The notes: a model not told the origin generated them from the letters alone. Numbered from the stretch's first letter, positions 1-10,742 are shown. The stretch: DNA of 32,000 bases from an uncultured delta proteobacterium (GCA_963769305.1 CAVYLJ010000041.1:30082-62081); one strand, 5' to 3'. A program made the numbers and translations.

Positions 1-34
1 ATTTTTATCTATCGACATAGTAACCTTCGTAAAA

Positions 35-128
35 AGGATTCGCAGGGGTCAAGGATTCAAGGATATCAAGTGATAAGGCGTTGAGAATTAAACCCTGTGA
101 CCCCTCGAATCCTGGAATCCTCGAACCC
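35..128. repeat. Imperfect hairpin element made of tandem 8-mers, 9 nt downstream of the hslU stop
   Basis: Left arm 35-64 is aggattcgcaggggtcaaggattcaaggat. Right arm 93-128 is ccctgtgacccctcgaatcctggaatcctcgaaccc. aggattcgcaggggtca pairs with tgacccctcgaatcct with one bulge. The repeated ATTCAAGG / CCTNGAAT units allow several pairing registers. Confidence 0.6.
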
Positions 129-136
129 TATTTTCT

Positions 137-1516
137 TTAAAGGATATACCGGCTCAGATCCTCATTCTCTTCAATGGCCGACAGTTTATCCCGGACGTAT
201 TCAGCCGTAATGGTACAGCTTTTTTCAGCCTGGTCCGAGGCTTCGAAAGACAAATCGTCCAACAATCTCTCCATAATGGTATGCAGCCGGCGGGCCCCGA
301 TATTTTCCGTCCTTTGATTGACATTATAGGCGATACGGGCGATTTCAGCCACGGCTTCGGGTAAAAAAGTCAAGGTGATCCCTTCGGTTTTCATCAATTC
401 CACGTATTGGGTGGTCAAGGCCGACTGGGGCTCGGTTAAAATACGGATAAAGTCTTCCTGAGTCAGGGAATTCAATTCCACCCGGATGGGAAACCGCCCC
501 TGCAATTCCGGGATCAAATCGGACGGCTTGGAATTATGAAAGGCCCCGGAAGCAATAAACAGGATGTGATCGGTTCGAACCATCCCGTATTTGGTGGTCA
601 CCGTGGACCCTTCGACAATGGGCAAGAGGTCCCGCTGAACCCCTTCCCGGGAGACATCCGGACCGTGGCTGGAACCCCGCCCGGCGATTTTATCGATCTC
701 GTCTAAAAAAATGATCCCGGTTTGTTCCACCTTGCGGATGGCCTCTTCGGTCACCTTGTCCATATCAATCAGACGCTGAGACTCCTCCTGAACCAGCATC
801 TCAAAGGCCTCCGGGACCTTGATCTTGCGCCGCTTGGTTTTTTTGGGAAAAAGATTACCGAACATGTCCTTCAGGTTGAGGTCCATCTCTTCCATCCCCA
901 CATTGGAAAAGATCTCGACCATGGGGACCACCCTTTGGGATATTTCCATATCCACATAACGCTCTTCCAATTTTCCTTCTCGAAAAAGGCTCCTGAGCTT
1001 TTCCCGGGTGGATAAAGGTTCGTTGACGGGTTTTCGGACCACTTCCAGGATCTTTTCCTGCCCGGCCGGTTCTTCGGGCTTGGGGGTCTCGGACTTTGGG
1101 GGAAGCAACAAGTCCAATAAACGCTCTTCGGCGATTTCCCGGGCCTTGGACATGACCTTTTGTTTTTCTTCGCCCTTGATCATATTAATGGCCAGCTCGG
1201 TCAAGTCCCGAATCATGGATTCCACGTCCCGCCCCACATAGCCCACTTCGGTAAATTTGGTCACTTCCACCTTTAGGAAAGGGGATTGGGCCAATCGGGC
1301 CAGTCGTCTGGAAATCTCTGTTTTTCCCACTCCGGTGGGACCGATCATGATGATATTTTTAGGGGCAATCTCATCCCGAATCGCTTCCGGAACCTGCTGT
1401 CTTCGCCAGCGATTCCGCAAGGCAATGGCCACCGTTCGTTTAGCCGCATCCTGCCCGACAATATATTTATCCAGTTCAGAGACGATCTCTCTGGGTGTTA
1501 AGTAATTATTGACCAA
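137..1516 (-). CDS. hslU: ATP-dependent protease ATPase subunit HslU
   Basis: The translation has [34 protein letters not shown], a Walker A motif [15 protein letters not shown], and full-length AAA+ HslU architecture. The first 19 codons of track ORF 137-1573 overlap hslV, so I place the start at the TTG (1516) just after the hslV stop. Confidence 0.95.
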   Translation of the reverse strand: MVNNYLTPREIVSELDKYIVGQDAAKRTVAIALRNRWRRQQVPEAIRDEIAPKNIIMIGPTGVGKTEISRRLARLAQSPFLKVEVTKFTEVGYVGRDVESMIRDLTELAINMIKGEEKQKVMSKAREIAEERLLDLLLPPKSETPKPEEPAGQEKILEVVRKPVNEPLSTREKLRSLFREGKLEERYVDMEISQRVVPMVEIFSNVGMEEMDLNLKDMFGNLFPKKTKRRKIKVPEAFEMLVQEESQRLIDMDKVTEEAIRKVEQTGIIFLDEIDKIAGRGSSHGPDVSREGVQRDLLPIVEGSTVTTKYGMVRTDHILFIASGAFHNSKPSDLIPELQGRFPIRVELNSLTQEDFIRILTEPQSALTTQYVELMKTEGITLTFLPEAVAEIARIAYNVNQRTENIGARRLHTIMERLLDDLSFEASDQAEKSCTITAEYVRDKLSAIEENEDLSRYIL

Positions 1517-1517
1517 T

Positions 1518-2045
1518 CTATAATTCCTCCAAAACAATCTGCTCGTTGGTGTAAATGCACAGGGAAGCGGCAATCTTCATGGCCTCCCGGGCAATGTCCG
1601 TCGGGCTAAGAGTGGAAAACCCCAACAGGGCCTTAGCCGCCGACAAGGCCAGAGGGCCGCCGGAACCGATGGCCGCCACCTCGTCGTCCGGTTCCATGAC
1701 ATCGCCGGTTCCGGACAATATCAAGATATGATCCTTATCAGCCGCCAGTAGTAAGGCCTCCAGGCGTCGCAAGATCTTATCCGTGCGCCAATCCTTGGCC
1801 ATCTCCACCGCCGCCCTGGTCAAATTCCCGTTAAACTGTTCCAGTTTGACCTCCAACCTTTCAAACAGGGTCAGGGCGTCGGCGGTGGAGCCGGCAAACC
1901 CGGTCAGGATTTGATCATGATACAGACGCCGGATCTTCCTGGCCCGATGTTTCATCACCGTCTGTCCCATGGTGACCTGACCGTCACCGGCGATGACCAC
2001 CTTCCCCTGATGACGCAGGGCCAATATGGTTGTTCCTTCAAACAT
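1518..2045 (-). CDS. hslV: ATP-dependent protease proteolytic subunit HslV
   Basis: [25 protein letters not shown] is the N-terminal Thr protease signature. The track ORF begins at an upstream TTG (2081), but the ATG at 2045 gives the canonical N-terminus. The gene lies directly upstream of hslU. Confidence 0.95.
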   Translation of the reverse strand: MFEGTTILALRHQGKVVIAGDGQVTMGQTVMKHRARKIRRLYHDQILTGFAGSTADALTLFERLEVKLEQFNGNLTRAAVEMAKDWRTDKILRRLEALLLAADKDHILILSGTGDVMEPDDEVAAIGSGGPLALSAAKALLGFSTLSPTDIAREAMKIAASLCIYTNEQIVLEEL

Positions 2046-2046
2046 C

Positions 2047-2953
2047 TTACCCCCTTGGATGGGCCTTTCGATAGACCTCAAGCAAACGACTCATGCTGAC
2101 ATGAGTGTATTTCTGGGTTGTGGACAGGGAGGTATGTCCCAACATTTCCTGAACGACCCGCAGGTCGGCCCCGGCATTCAATAAGTGCGTGGCAAAGCTG
2201 TGACGCAGGGCATGGGGACTGATAGTGGGGGACAGATCTACCCCGACAACCCGTTTTTTCAACCTGCGGGCTACAGTCCGATCGCTGACCCTTTCCCCGA
2301 ACCGGTTCAAAAACACGGCCTGAGGATCGTTGATCTTAAATTCCGATCTTTTTTGGGCCTGCGTCAGGGCCTGGTGAATATTGGCCCAAGGCCCCGAGGG
2401 CCTTCCGTCCCACCGGGACGATCCTTTCCTTCCCCCCCTTGCCGAGGACCCGGACCAAACCCAGGGAAAGATCCAGGGAACTCCAATTCAGATGGGTTAA
2501 TTCACTCAGCCGCAGCCCGGAGGCATAAAAGAGCTCCAAGAAAGCCTGGTCGCGAAGCTCCAACCAGGAATCGGCAATCGGCTCTTGCAGCAAGTGCTCC
2601 ACCTCTTTTTCCGACAGAAAAGGAGGAATCGTTTTTTCGATCTTGGGCGTTCGAACATGGGCTACCGGGTTTTCCAGAACCCATCCCTTCTTCTGGGCAT
2701 AACCAAAACAGGACCGAAGGGCGGCCATTTTTCGGGCCACCGTGCTTTTTTTATTTTTCTTGTGCAGCTCGGCTAAAAAACCCCTTAACAAAGGCAGATC
2801 CAATTGCCCGAGATCTTCCACTCCCTGAAGGGTGAGATATTTCAAAAACTCCTCCAAATCCCGGCGATACCCCCGGAGGGAATGAAGGGACAACCGTCGT
2901 TCGGCCTCATTTTGTTTTAGAAATTCTTCGACGATTTGACGGATCTTATCCAT
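2047..2953 (-). pseudogene. xerC: Tyrosine recombinase XerC/XerD family, split by one +1 frame break near 2375-2393 as sequenced
   Basis: ORF 2336-2953 carries the core-binding domain through [22 protein letters not shown] 2047-2316 carries the catalytic motifs [15 protein letters not shown] and [15 protein letters not shown]. The C-terminal frame stays open upstream ([34 protein letters not shown]). The xerC-hslV-hslU order is a common synteny. Confidence 0.85.
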
Positions 2954-3187
2954 CGGCCCTTTTTATTCCAAAAATATCTAAATTAACCATAAATCAAAAA
3001 AAATGTCCATCAAAAATAGAAACCACGATTGTTGTGATTAGTCTCCGGGACAGGGGGGCTTTTCCCTTGAAAGCAGGATAATGGTCGAATAGTTAGAAGA
3101 CCCGCTTATGTCCGGTTTAAGAAGTGATGAGGTTGAAGGCCCATCCTCAACAAAATGAAGCTTTTTTTAAGACCGTCCTTATAGGAC

Positions 3188-5474
3188 TTAATATTCAATC
3201 AGACCTTTTAATGAAAAAGAAAGGTAGAATGCGGTATTATCCGGTGCGCTCATATAAGAGACTTTTATCCCCCAACACTGTTTGTTGTAAGCCAAAGAGG
3301 CGGTGGTTGCAAAATTTTTATTCTGGTCAAGGGAATACTGTTCTAAAAGATTGGCCGTCCAAATGGGGCTGATTTTCCAGGATATGTCGGCGTTGACCTG
3401 TCTGAACTGGTCCCCTGAATAGGCCAGATATTCCAAATAAGCCCGATTGCCTTTTTTGTCCATCAAAGTCATGGTGTGACTTTGGGTATCCAGTCGGCCG
3501 GTGTAGGGAGACCAGCCCACACTGGATCGTAAGTTCAAATTAGGGCCGGGAATTAATTCCATTTCAGCGGTGACGTCGGAAAAGGGTTGTGACGTGACCG
3601 ATGTGGTAGTCGTGGTGTTGCCGGTGACCGTCGTTGTCGTAGCGGAGCTCCCCGTCGTAATCGTAGTAGGGATAATGTTGGTGGGGATAGTGGTGCCAGT
3701 GGTGGTGGTAGTAATGGTCCCTTCTCGGGCTACATTAATGTCATAAGTTTGGTATAATTTTAGAGTAAGAAAATCCCGGTAGCCGAAGAGGTCCTCCCCT
3801 TGTGGACTCTTCCCCTGCAACGACTTTGAGGTGAAGGTTTGGATCAAATAATAGGTCAGGGTATTGGTCTTGAAAATAGGCGAAACAAAACTGGGGAGTG
3901 AGTCCTGATTAATTTCCGGGATATAATTATAGATGATTTGAGGGCGGATGGTATGTTTTATTTTTTCACCCTCTTCTCCCGAAAGGTTAAAGACCTTTTG
4001 AAAATCGGTAGACGTATCCAGCCGGAAGTTGGGAACCGACCGGTTTCCCCAAGCATCAACGGAATCACTCTGTCTGTTGCTGACCTGATAGAGATCCTCG
4101 GTTATTCCCAGAGAGGCTTCCGCATTGAGATAATTTCTGAATTTCTGCGGATAGTAGAAAGTCGGAGTCAATTCCAACACCTGCCCGCGATCCAGTTCAT
4201 TGCGATAAAAATAATTATAGGAAGAACCCCATTGCAGAAAAAAATTTTTCCCGAATTCCTGTTTAATACTGTCTAAACGGGCAAAAGGTAGCTGGTTCAA
4301 GACATTATTGGTATTGGTTGGATCCTGATAATAGGTGAACCCGCCGGTAAAATTGGTAGTCCCGAAGCTCTTGTTTAATACAGCGGCATTTCTGCGTAAA
4401 ATTTGGGTTTCATCGTCCAGATCCCGATTAAACTCGCTTAAAAAGGTCCGTCGATTACGGTCCAGGCCAAAGGGGTTGCCCTTGAATTCCTTCAGATAAT
4501 CCTGGTCGCTGACCCAATCCAGATCCATTTTCAAATCCACGCCAGACGGCAGTCCCTGATTCATCTTGGAACGGAACCAATACCGTTCCGAATAGGGTTG
4601 ACTGATATTTCCTTTATTAAATTCTTCCTGGCTCACCCCGTCATGGGGGAGATAATCCATCATCAGGGTCCCTTTGGATTGGGCGGAAAGGATATATCGA
4701 TATTCAAGCCCTTGCATAAACCCTCGGCGACTCATCATATCTTCATAAAAGGTGGCATCGGAACTTTTAGAGATAGCCCAATAGAAAGGTAAATTCAGGG
4801 TGAAACCGTCACGGTCTGGATTGACCGAATTCAGGCATCAAAATGCCGCTCTGCCGGTCTTTCTTGGCGGGAAAAACCATATAAGGGGAGTATAAAACAG
4901 GAAAATCCCTTATACGCAATGATGGACTCCAGGCCTGTCCATAACCCTCGACCGTGACCACAATTTCTTTGGCCTTTATCTCCCAGGGGACATTTTCCCC
5001 GTCACAGGAGGTTACCGTTCCATTGAGGACCCGATAGCTTCCTTCCCCGATTTTATAAATCTCTTCACCGGTAACGTAAAAATGGTTCTCTTTTAAGAAA
5101 AGATGTCCTTTTTGTAGTTCCCCGTTTTTTGTCTTTAAATCGACCGTCAGTTCCTCCCCCTGCATTTCATCCCCGGATGAAGTAAATTTCACATGTCCCC
5201 GGGCCTTGGCAATCATGGTTTGGCGGTCTACCTCGGCATAATCACACTTTAGGACCTGAGTGCCCTGTTTGATGATCACATCTCCGATGGCCGTATAGGT
5301 ATCGGTGTCTTGATCATAGGTCAATTCTCGGGCCTCAATATCCCAGGGTTCTTTGGCGGTTCCCGTTCCCGCACCCGTGGGGATCAGGCCCTCTGCCGCT
5401 TTAGAAGATAGGGGAAACCCCAGGATGATCATTGCAAAAACCAGGATCCCCAGGGTCCAGAACCGGTTGGGCAT
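3188..5474 (-). pseudogene. lptD: LPS-assembly outer membrane protein LptD (OstA), split by one +1 frame break near 4809-4826 as sequenced
   Basis: ORF 4809-5522 has a signal peptide (MPNRFWTLGILVFAMIILGFPLSSKA from the ATG at 5474) and an OstA-like N-terminal domain ending PEFGQS. The +1 frame continues DRDGFTLNLPFYWAISKSSDATFYEDMMSRRGFMQGLEYRY into the beta-barrel ORF 3188-4738. Confidence 0.85.
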
Positions 5475-5623
5475 ATTCAACTCCCTAACTCTGAGATAAA
5501 ACCTGCACCGACTTTTTAGCACATCTTATTCCCTATTACAACAGATAACCGCCTAATATATCTGGCCCCCCACCTTTCAATAACTCCCAGAGGGTGACCA
5601 TATCAGCCATGGTTAACATTCAT

Positions 5624-7141
5624 TTAAGTTCGAGTCTTAACCCCTTCTCTTTCCCACCAGGCTCGAGCCTCGCCTACAATAAAAAGTGAACCGGTGATTA
5701 GGATCAAATCCCCTGGTTCGGCTTCCTGCCTGGCTCGTTGTATGGCTGTGGGAATATTTTTTGAAATTTGGCAGGGCCGACTTTCCCCATCGACTAAAGG
5801 TCTTAAGGTCTCCGGGTCGGCTGAGCGATCGTATTCGGCCCGGGTCAAAAAGACCATATGGGCCAAGGGGATTATGACCTTGAATGTCTGTTCGATAGCC
5901 TTATCCTTCATCATCCCGATGATCAGGAAAAGTCTTTTATAAGAAAACACCCGGGGAAGATTCTGGGCTAAGGTCTTCATGGCCCCGGGATTATGGGCCC
6001 CATCCAGGACGATCCAGGGCCTTTCGGATAAAACCTCCATCCTCCCCGGCCAGGCCACCTTCAACAGCCCTTCCCGAAGGGCTTCTTCGTTAACCGGAAA
6101 TTTTCTCTTTAAACAACCGATAACCGTCAGGGCCAGACCGGCGTTCCGGATCTGATGATCCCCAAGAAGGGCGGGGCGAAGCCCCTTTAATTTCGGATTT
6201 CGGATTGCGGGTTGAGGAGTCGGGGTATAGTTCGGAGTTTTGAGTTCGGAGTTCGGAGCAACCAAGGTCTGATCTCTACCCCCTCGTCCCGCGTCCTTCG
6301 TCCAACTTGAATCCAGCAACTTGCATTTTATATCCTCTTCGACTCCGAACACCGAACTCCGAACTCCGAACTGTTGTAACATTCCGCAATCCGCAATCGG
6401 CAACCCGAAATAACTGAACTCCCCATTCCTCAACTTTCTCGTCTTAAAATCCCTTCCGGCCAGTAACATGGGGGCCTGTTTTTCACGGCAGACCTGTTCC
6501 AGGAGACGTTGGACTTTTTTTTGTTCGACCCCGGTTACTAAGGGGACTTGCGGTTTAATAATCCCGGCTTTTTCCAGGGCGATCTTCTCCAGGGTTTTCC
6601 CGAGATATTCCTGATGCTCCAAGGAAACGGTGGTGATGACCGTTATCAGGGGTTCGATGATATTGGTGGAGTCCAGCCTTCCTCCGAGTCCGACTTCCAT
6701 AATAGCCAAGTCCACTTTTTCCCGATAGAAATAGAGTAAGGCCATGGCCGTAACAAACTCAAAGAAGGTCGGGGGTTCGTTAGGATCGGTCTTTCTCTTG
6801 ATCTCTTTAACCAACTCCAGGGTTTTCTCTTTGGAGATCATCCGGCCGTTGATCTGGAACCTTTCCCGGAAATCGATCAGATGGGGGGAGGTGAACAAAC
6901 CAACCTTATACCGGGCTTGACTGTATATGGAGGACAACATGGCCGCTACGGATCCCTTTCCATTGGAACCGGCCACATGGATCATTCGGAGGTGCTTTTC
7001 GGGGTTATTAAAGGCTCGGAGCAGATTTTCCGTTTTAGATAAGCCGAATTTCATACCGAATTTTTGTAAATTGTACAGATAAGACAGGCCCAGATCATAT
7101 TCCAGGTCATAACTCAGACGCTCAAAAGGATGGCCGGCCAT
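5624..7141 (-). CDS. folC: Folylpolyglutamate synthase / dihydrofolate synthase FolC carrying a roughly 73-aa in-frame insertion
   Basis: Mur-ligase P-loop HVAGSNGKGSVAAML, and LLGDHQIRNAGLAL in the C-terminal domain. The track ORF extends to 7330 and overlaps uvrD. The ATG at 7141 follows GGGGAG at a workable spacing; the ATG at 7150 is an alternative start. Confidence 0.9.
   Translation of the reverse strand: MAGHPFERLSYDLEYDLGLSYLYNLQKFGMKFGLSKTENLLRAFNNPEKHLRMIHVAGSNGKGSVAAMLSSIYSQARYKVGLFTSPHLIDFRERFQINGRMISKEKTLELVKEIKRKTDPNEPPTFFEFVTAMALLYFYREKVDLAIMEVGLGGRLDSTNIIEPLITVITTVSLEHQEYLGKTLEKIALEKAGIIKPQVPLVTGVEQKKVQRLLEQVCREKQAPMLLAGRDFKTRKLRNGEFSYFGLPIADCGMLQQFGVRSSVFGVEEDIKCKLLDSSWTKDAGRGGRDQTLVAPNSELKTPNYTPTPQPAIRNPKLKGLRPALLGDHQIRNAGLALTVIGCLKRKFPVNEEALREGLLKVAWPGRMEVLSERPWIVLDGAHNPGAMKTLAQNLPRVFSYKRLFLIIGMMKDKAIEQTFKVIIPLAHMVFLTRAEYDRSADPETLRPLVDGESRPCQISKNIPTAIQRARQEAEPGDLILITGSLFIVGEARAWWEREGVKTRT
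6191..6410. repeat. MITE-like palindromic element (68-nt heptamer-repeat arms, 84-nt centre) embedded in frame in folC
   Basis: Left arm 6191-6258 is tttcggatttcggattgcgggttgagg...agttcggagttttgagttcggagttcggag. Right arm 6343-6410 is ctccgaacaccgaactccgaactccgaact...attccgcaatccgcaatcggcaacccgaaa. About 52 of 68 positions are complementary. The folC frame has no stop across the element. Confidence 0.8.
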
Positions 7142-7142
7142 A

Positions 7143-9260
7143 TTAGACATCTCCCCTTTCCAGGCGGGCATAATCCAGGTGAAGGACCTTGGAGCCGTAG
7201 CGTTTAAAAAGGACGCGAACCTTTCTCTCCCGCGGGGGTTCCTGGATAACCCCATTGCCGAAAAGAGGGTGGAAGACCTTGGTCCCTTTTGAAAACCCGC
7301 TATCCTCTTCTTTTCGGATTTCATGAACATGGTCCGAATCCACCCGGGGCGGATGATTCGGGCCCGGTCTTCCTTGCCGGGCTAATATCTCTTCGGGAAT
7401 ATCGGCGATGAAGTGGCAGAGGTCGTTTTTCTGCCACCCCCCATCCCTTTGGGAGAGGGTGACCGGACAGGTCATAAAAAGTCTTTCTTTGGCCCGGGTG
7501 ATGGCCACATAAAGGAGCCGCCTTTCTTCTTCCATTTCCTCCGAGTCCATCTCGGCATGGGTGGAAGGAAACCGGCCTTCCGCCAGCCAGATGATGAAAA
7601 CGATCCTCCACTCCAGGCCCTTGGCCGAATGGACGGTAGACAGGGTCAACCGGTCCTTTTCAAGATCCTCATGTTCCTCATAGACCTCAAGGCTCAGGTC
7701 CCCCAACAAGGCCTCCGTTTCGGTGTAATTATAACTAACCCGGATGATTTCTTCGATCTCTTTCTGCCGGCGCTGCGGCTCTTCATACAGGCCGGGCATA
7801 AGATTTTTGTAGTAACCCCAGATCAATTCCAGGGCCTCGGTCGGAGTCTGGAGGGGTTGATCGACCAGGGCCTGGAAGAGGGCTGAAAAATCCACAAGTT
7901 GGGATTTAAGGCGGGGATATTGGGAAAGGCATTCCAGGCGTGAAGCCCAGTCCGGGCAGACGGCCATCCGCTCGACGATCTCCTGGGCCCTTTTGGGTCC
8001 CAACCCATCAAGAAGTTTCAGGATTCTTTCCCAGGCCAGTACGTCTTTGGGATTGTGGGCTGCTTTTAAGTACGACAGGAGGTCTTTAATATGGGCCCCC
8101 TCCACAAAGCGACGGCCCCCGTATTTTTTAAATGGGATGCCCTGCTTTTGAAGGGACACTTCCAGGTTAAAGGAATGATGGCCGGCCCGAAACAGGACGG
8201 CCATTTCCTGCCAGGGGATCCCCTGTCTATGAAATTCCTGAAGTTGCTGGGTCACATACTGGGATTGGGACTCTTCGTAAGGCACTTCGAGACAACGGGG
8301 CGGTTCCCCTGTTTTAATGCGGGTAAAGAGGCATTTACTATATCGCTCCTTAGAATAACTGATGACCTTATTGGCCAGGTTCAGGATCGGCTGGGAGCTG
8401 CGGAAGTTTTCCTCTAATTTGATCAGACGGGTTCCGGGATATTGGTTTGGAAAGTCCAGGATATTTTTAAAGTGGGCGCCCCGAAACCCGTAAATCGACT
8501 GGGAATCATCCCCGACTACCATGACATTTCCTCGGGCCAAATGGCGGACCATTTCGGCTTGGAGCAGATTGGTATCCTGGTATTCATCCACTAAAACATA
8601 CCGATAATAAGAGGCCAATTTTTGGGCTACCTGTGCTTCCTGCCTGAAAAGTTGCAGGCAATGACTCAGGAGATCGTCATAATCCAGTAAGCCGTGCTCT
8701 TTTTTGAAGGCTTCATACTCTTGATTCAGGTCCTTGAGCTGGGATGGAGATGGACCCGTTTCCAAAAATGAATCATAAAGCCCTTCTTCGAAGACCTGGC
8801 CCCGGTTGACGATACGACTCAAGAGCTCCAGGAATTCCTTTTTATCAGGCCGATCCTTGTTTTTATCCCAACCTTTCTGTTTGATGATCTTTCCGACGAT
8901 CTCTTCACTGTCTTTCCGGTCCAACACGGTCAACGGACTCCGGAGACCGATCGCCGCCCCATAAATCCTTAGGATTTTATAGGCCAAGGAATGAAACGTC
9001 CCGCCGGCCACTTCCTGACAGGACCGCTCCAGCATGAGTTCCACCCGGCGGAGCATCTCCTGGGAGGCCTTGCGGGTAAAGGTCAACAAAAGGATCCTCT
9101 CCGGTGGGATCCCATTTTCAACCAGCCAGGCCACCCGATAGACCAGGGTGCGGGTCTTTCCGCTTCCGGCCCCGGCAATGACCAAGGTAGGCCCGTCCGG
9201 TGAAAAGACCGCCTCCTGCTGGGCCTTGGTTAGATTTTTTTGATAATCGATTTTCCCCAT
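7143..9260 (-). CDS. UvrD/PcrA/Rep-family ATP-dependent DNA helicase
   Basis: Motif I is VIAGAGSGKTRTLVYR and motif II is VLVDEYQDTN. The C-terminal tail (GTKVFHPLFGNGVIQE...VLFKRYGSKVLHLDYARL) is typical of PcrA/UvrD. The 705-aa ORF is intact. Confidence 0.9.
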   Translation of the reverse strand: MGKIDYQKNLTKAQQEAVFSPDGPTLVIAGAGSGKTRTLVYRVAWLVENGIPPERILLLTFTRKASQEMLRRVELMLERSCQEVAGGTFHSLAYKILRIYGAAIGLRSPLTVLDRKDSEEIVGKIIKQKGWDKNKDRPDKKEFLELLSRIVNRGQVFEEGLYDSFLETGPSPSQLKDLNQEYEAFKKEHGLLDYDDLLSHCLQLFRQEAQVAQKLASYYRYVLVDEYQDTNLLQAEMVRHLARGNVMVVGDDSQSIYGFRGAHFKNILDFPNQYPGTRLIKLEENFRSSQPILNLANKVISYSKERYSKCLFTRIKTGEPPRCLEVPYEESQSQYVTQQLQEFHRQGIPWQEMAVLFRAGHHSFNLEVSLQKQGIPFKKYGGRRFVEGAHIKDLLSYLKAAHNPKDVLAWERILKLLDGLGPKRAQEIVERMAVCPDWASRLECLSQYPRLKSQLVDFSALFQALVDQPLQTPTEALELIWGYYKNLMPGLYEEPQRRQKEIEEIIRVSYNYTETEALLGDLSLEVYEEHEDLEKDRLTLSTVHSAKGLEWRIVFIIWLAEGRFPSTHAEMDSEEMEEERRLLYVAITRAKERLFMTCPVTLSQRDGGWQKNDLCHFIADIPEEILARQGRPGPNHPPRVDSDHVHEIRKEEDSGFSKGTKVFHPLFGNGVIQEPPRERKVRVLFKRYGSKVLHLDYARLERGDV

Positions 9261-9420
9261 ATACCTAAAGTCGCTTTTATCCTTCCCGACTATTTTTCCG
9301 AACTCGGAGATTAAACTCCAAACGGATATTTTTATTAATGCCCCGTCTTACTAAAAAAGGCCGGGACTGTAAACCTATAAATTAGGCTTGCGGCCGGCGG
9401 CTTCAAGAAAAATTTACCAT

Positions 9421-9449
9421 TTGACAACATCCCGCTGTAATCTTATAGT
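9421..9449 (+). promoter_or_regulatory. Sigma70-like promoter for the yedE-tusA-dsrE cluster
   Basis: TTGACA (9421-9426), 17-nt spacer, TATAGT (9444-9449), about 100 nt upstream of the yedE ATG and divergent from uvrD. Confidence 0.55.
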
Positions 9450-9549
9450 TTATCCAAATTTGAGATCCCCGGGGAATCTATCCCTTGTGAACAGGAATCT
9501 TGCCTGATCCCGATTGGCCTTCCGTTAAGAACCATAGAAAGGAAGGGTT

Positions 9550-10737
9550 ATGGCCGAGGAAAGCATCTTAAAGACAAAATTTCGGCAAGGATACAAGGCC
9601 CTTTTTTATCAACAATGGCCGCCCCTGACCGGGGGGGTATTATTAGGGCTCAGTAGCATCTTGATCGTTGCCTGGTCCAGACCGTGGGGTATCGTCGGAG
9701 GAATCCGTAATTGGGCTGACTGGCTTTTTTACGGCCTGGGTTTCTTTCCGGAACGCCCGGAGAACGCCTTCTTTTATTCTTCCTCGATTATGGATATCGG
9801 ATTTTTATTAGGGGCCTTCGGAGCGGCCCTCTTAGCCAAGGAGTTCGCCCTGAGAAAAACACCGGCCTTGGAGATCATAAAAGGGCTGGCCGGCGGGGTC
9901 TTCATGGGAATCGGCTCGGCCCTGGCCATGGGTTGCAATGTCGGGGCTTTTTATACCCCCTTGATCAACCTTTCGGCCAGCGGTTTCCCGATGCTGGTCG
10001 GACTGACCATCGGCGCTTTTATCGGTTTAAAATATCTTTTATGGGAACTGGAAAAATTCCCTCCCCCATCCGGATTTACACCCACGGCCTCTTTAGGAAA
10101 AAAAAGGGTTGATTGGAAGATTATCCAACCTTATTTAGGCACCCTGGTCTTTATTGGTTTGATCGTCTGGGCTTACTGGTATTCCGGAAAAGCCTATACG
10201 GAAATCGGCGGCCTCCTGCTCTTCGGTGCCGCTTTCGGAATCATCCTGCAGCGCTGCCGCTTTTGTTTTGTCCGAGCCTTTCGAGACCCTTTTATGACCG
10301 GAGAGGCGACCATCGCCAAGGCCATCGCCGTCAGTATTATCATCGGCGCCATAGGCGTAGCGGTTTTGAAATGGAGCGGATTTCGTCAGGAAAGCCTCTA
10401 TGTCATCCCGGCCTTCTGGTGGGGGTCGCTGGTGGGTGGCACCATATTCGGGATCGGAATGGTCATCGCCGGCGGATGCGGAAGCGGAACCTTGTGGCGG
10501 GTATCCGAAGGACAGCTTAAGCTCTGGGCGGCCCTTTTTACCTTTGCGACGACCAATTCCTTGATGAACGTCCTTCTCCGAACCACCGGCTGGCGTCAAA
10601 AATTGGGGAAGGCGGTATTTTTGCCCCAGACCTTCGGCTGGGGCGGAAGTATCCTCTTCATTGCCTTTATCCTGCTGATATGGTATCTATTAGTAACCTG
10701 GAATGAAGAGAGTAATAAATTCACAGTAGGATTATAA
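9550..10737 (+). CDS. YedE/YeeE-family sulfur (thiosulfate) transporter
   Basis: Polytopic membrane protein with two conserved Cys-loop motifs, GSALAMGCNVGAF and VIAGGCGSGTLWR, as in YeeE/YedE. It is followed by a TusA-like gene. Confidence 0.85.
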   Translation: MAEESILKTKFRQGYKALFYQQWPPLTGGVLLGLSSILIVAWSRPWGIVGGIRNWADWLFYGLGFFPERPENAFFYSSSIMDIGFLLGAFGAALLAKEFALRKTPALEIIKGLAGGVFMGIGSALAMGCNVGAFYTPLINLSASGFPMLVGLTIGAFIGLKYLLWELEKFPPPSGFTPTASLGKKRVDWKIIQPYLGTLVFIGLIVWAYWYSGKAYTEIGGLLLFGAAFGIILQRCRFCFVRAFRDPFMTGEATIAKAIAVSIIIGAIGVAVLKWSGFRQESLYVIPAFWWGSLVGGTIFGIGMVIAGGCGSGTLWRVSEGQLKLWAALFTFATTNSLMNVLLRTTGWRQKLGKAVFLPQTFGWGGSILFIAFILLIWYLLVTWNEESNKFTVGL

Positions 10738-10742
10738 AAACC

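Noticed and set aside
2185-2835. 216-aa plus-strand ORF
   Set aside because: It is antisense to xerC and its translation is low-complexity and Pro/Gly/Arg-rich, while the minus strand carries canonical recombinase motifs.
3126-3151. Possible sixth heptamer hairpin (GATGAGG TTGAAGG ... CCTCAAC) between xerC and lptD, or an sRNA ending at the T7 run near 3163-3169
   Set aside because: Only 5-7 bp can pair and the repeat array is minimal, so it cannot be told apart from chance.
4809-4826. Programmed +1 frameshift at the lptD UGA (CCG-UGA-C, prfB-like)
   Set aside because: There is no slippery P-site codon and no upstream SD-like stimulator. The xerC break is clearly not at a stop codon, and the window-wide pattern fits insertion errors better.
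7143-7330. 188-nt overlap of folC with uvrD implied by the ORF track
   Set aside because: The folC homology begins near MAGHPFERLS. The ATGs at 7141 and 7150 reduce the overlap to 0-8 nt, so the long overlap is an artefact of taking the longest ORF.
10113-10599. Overlapping 135-aa (+) and 154-aa (-) ORFs inside yedE, plus similar alternative-frame ORFs at 14165-14719 and 20032-20601
   Set aside because: These are alternative frames of well-supported membrane-protein genes. Their translations are Arg/Gly-rich. The exception is the start of 20032-20601, which is a genuine piece of the broken MFS gene.
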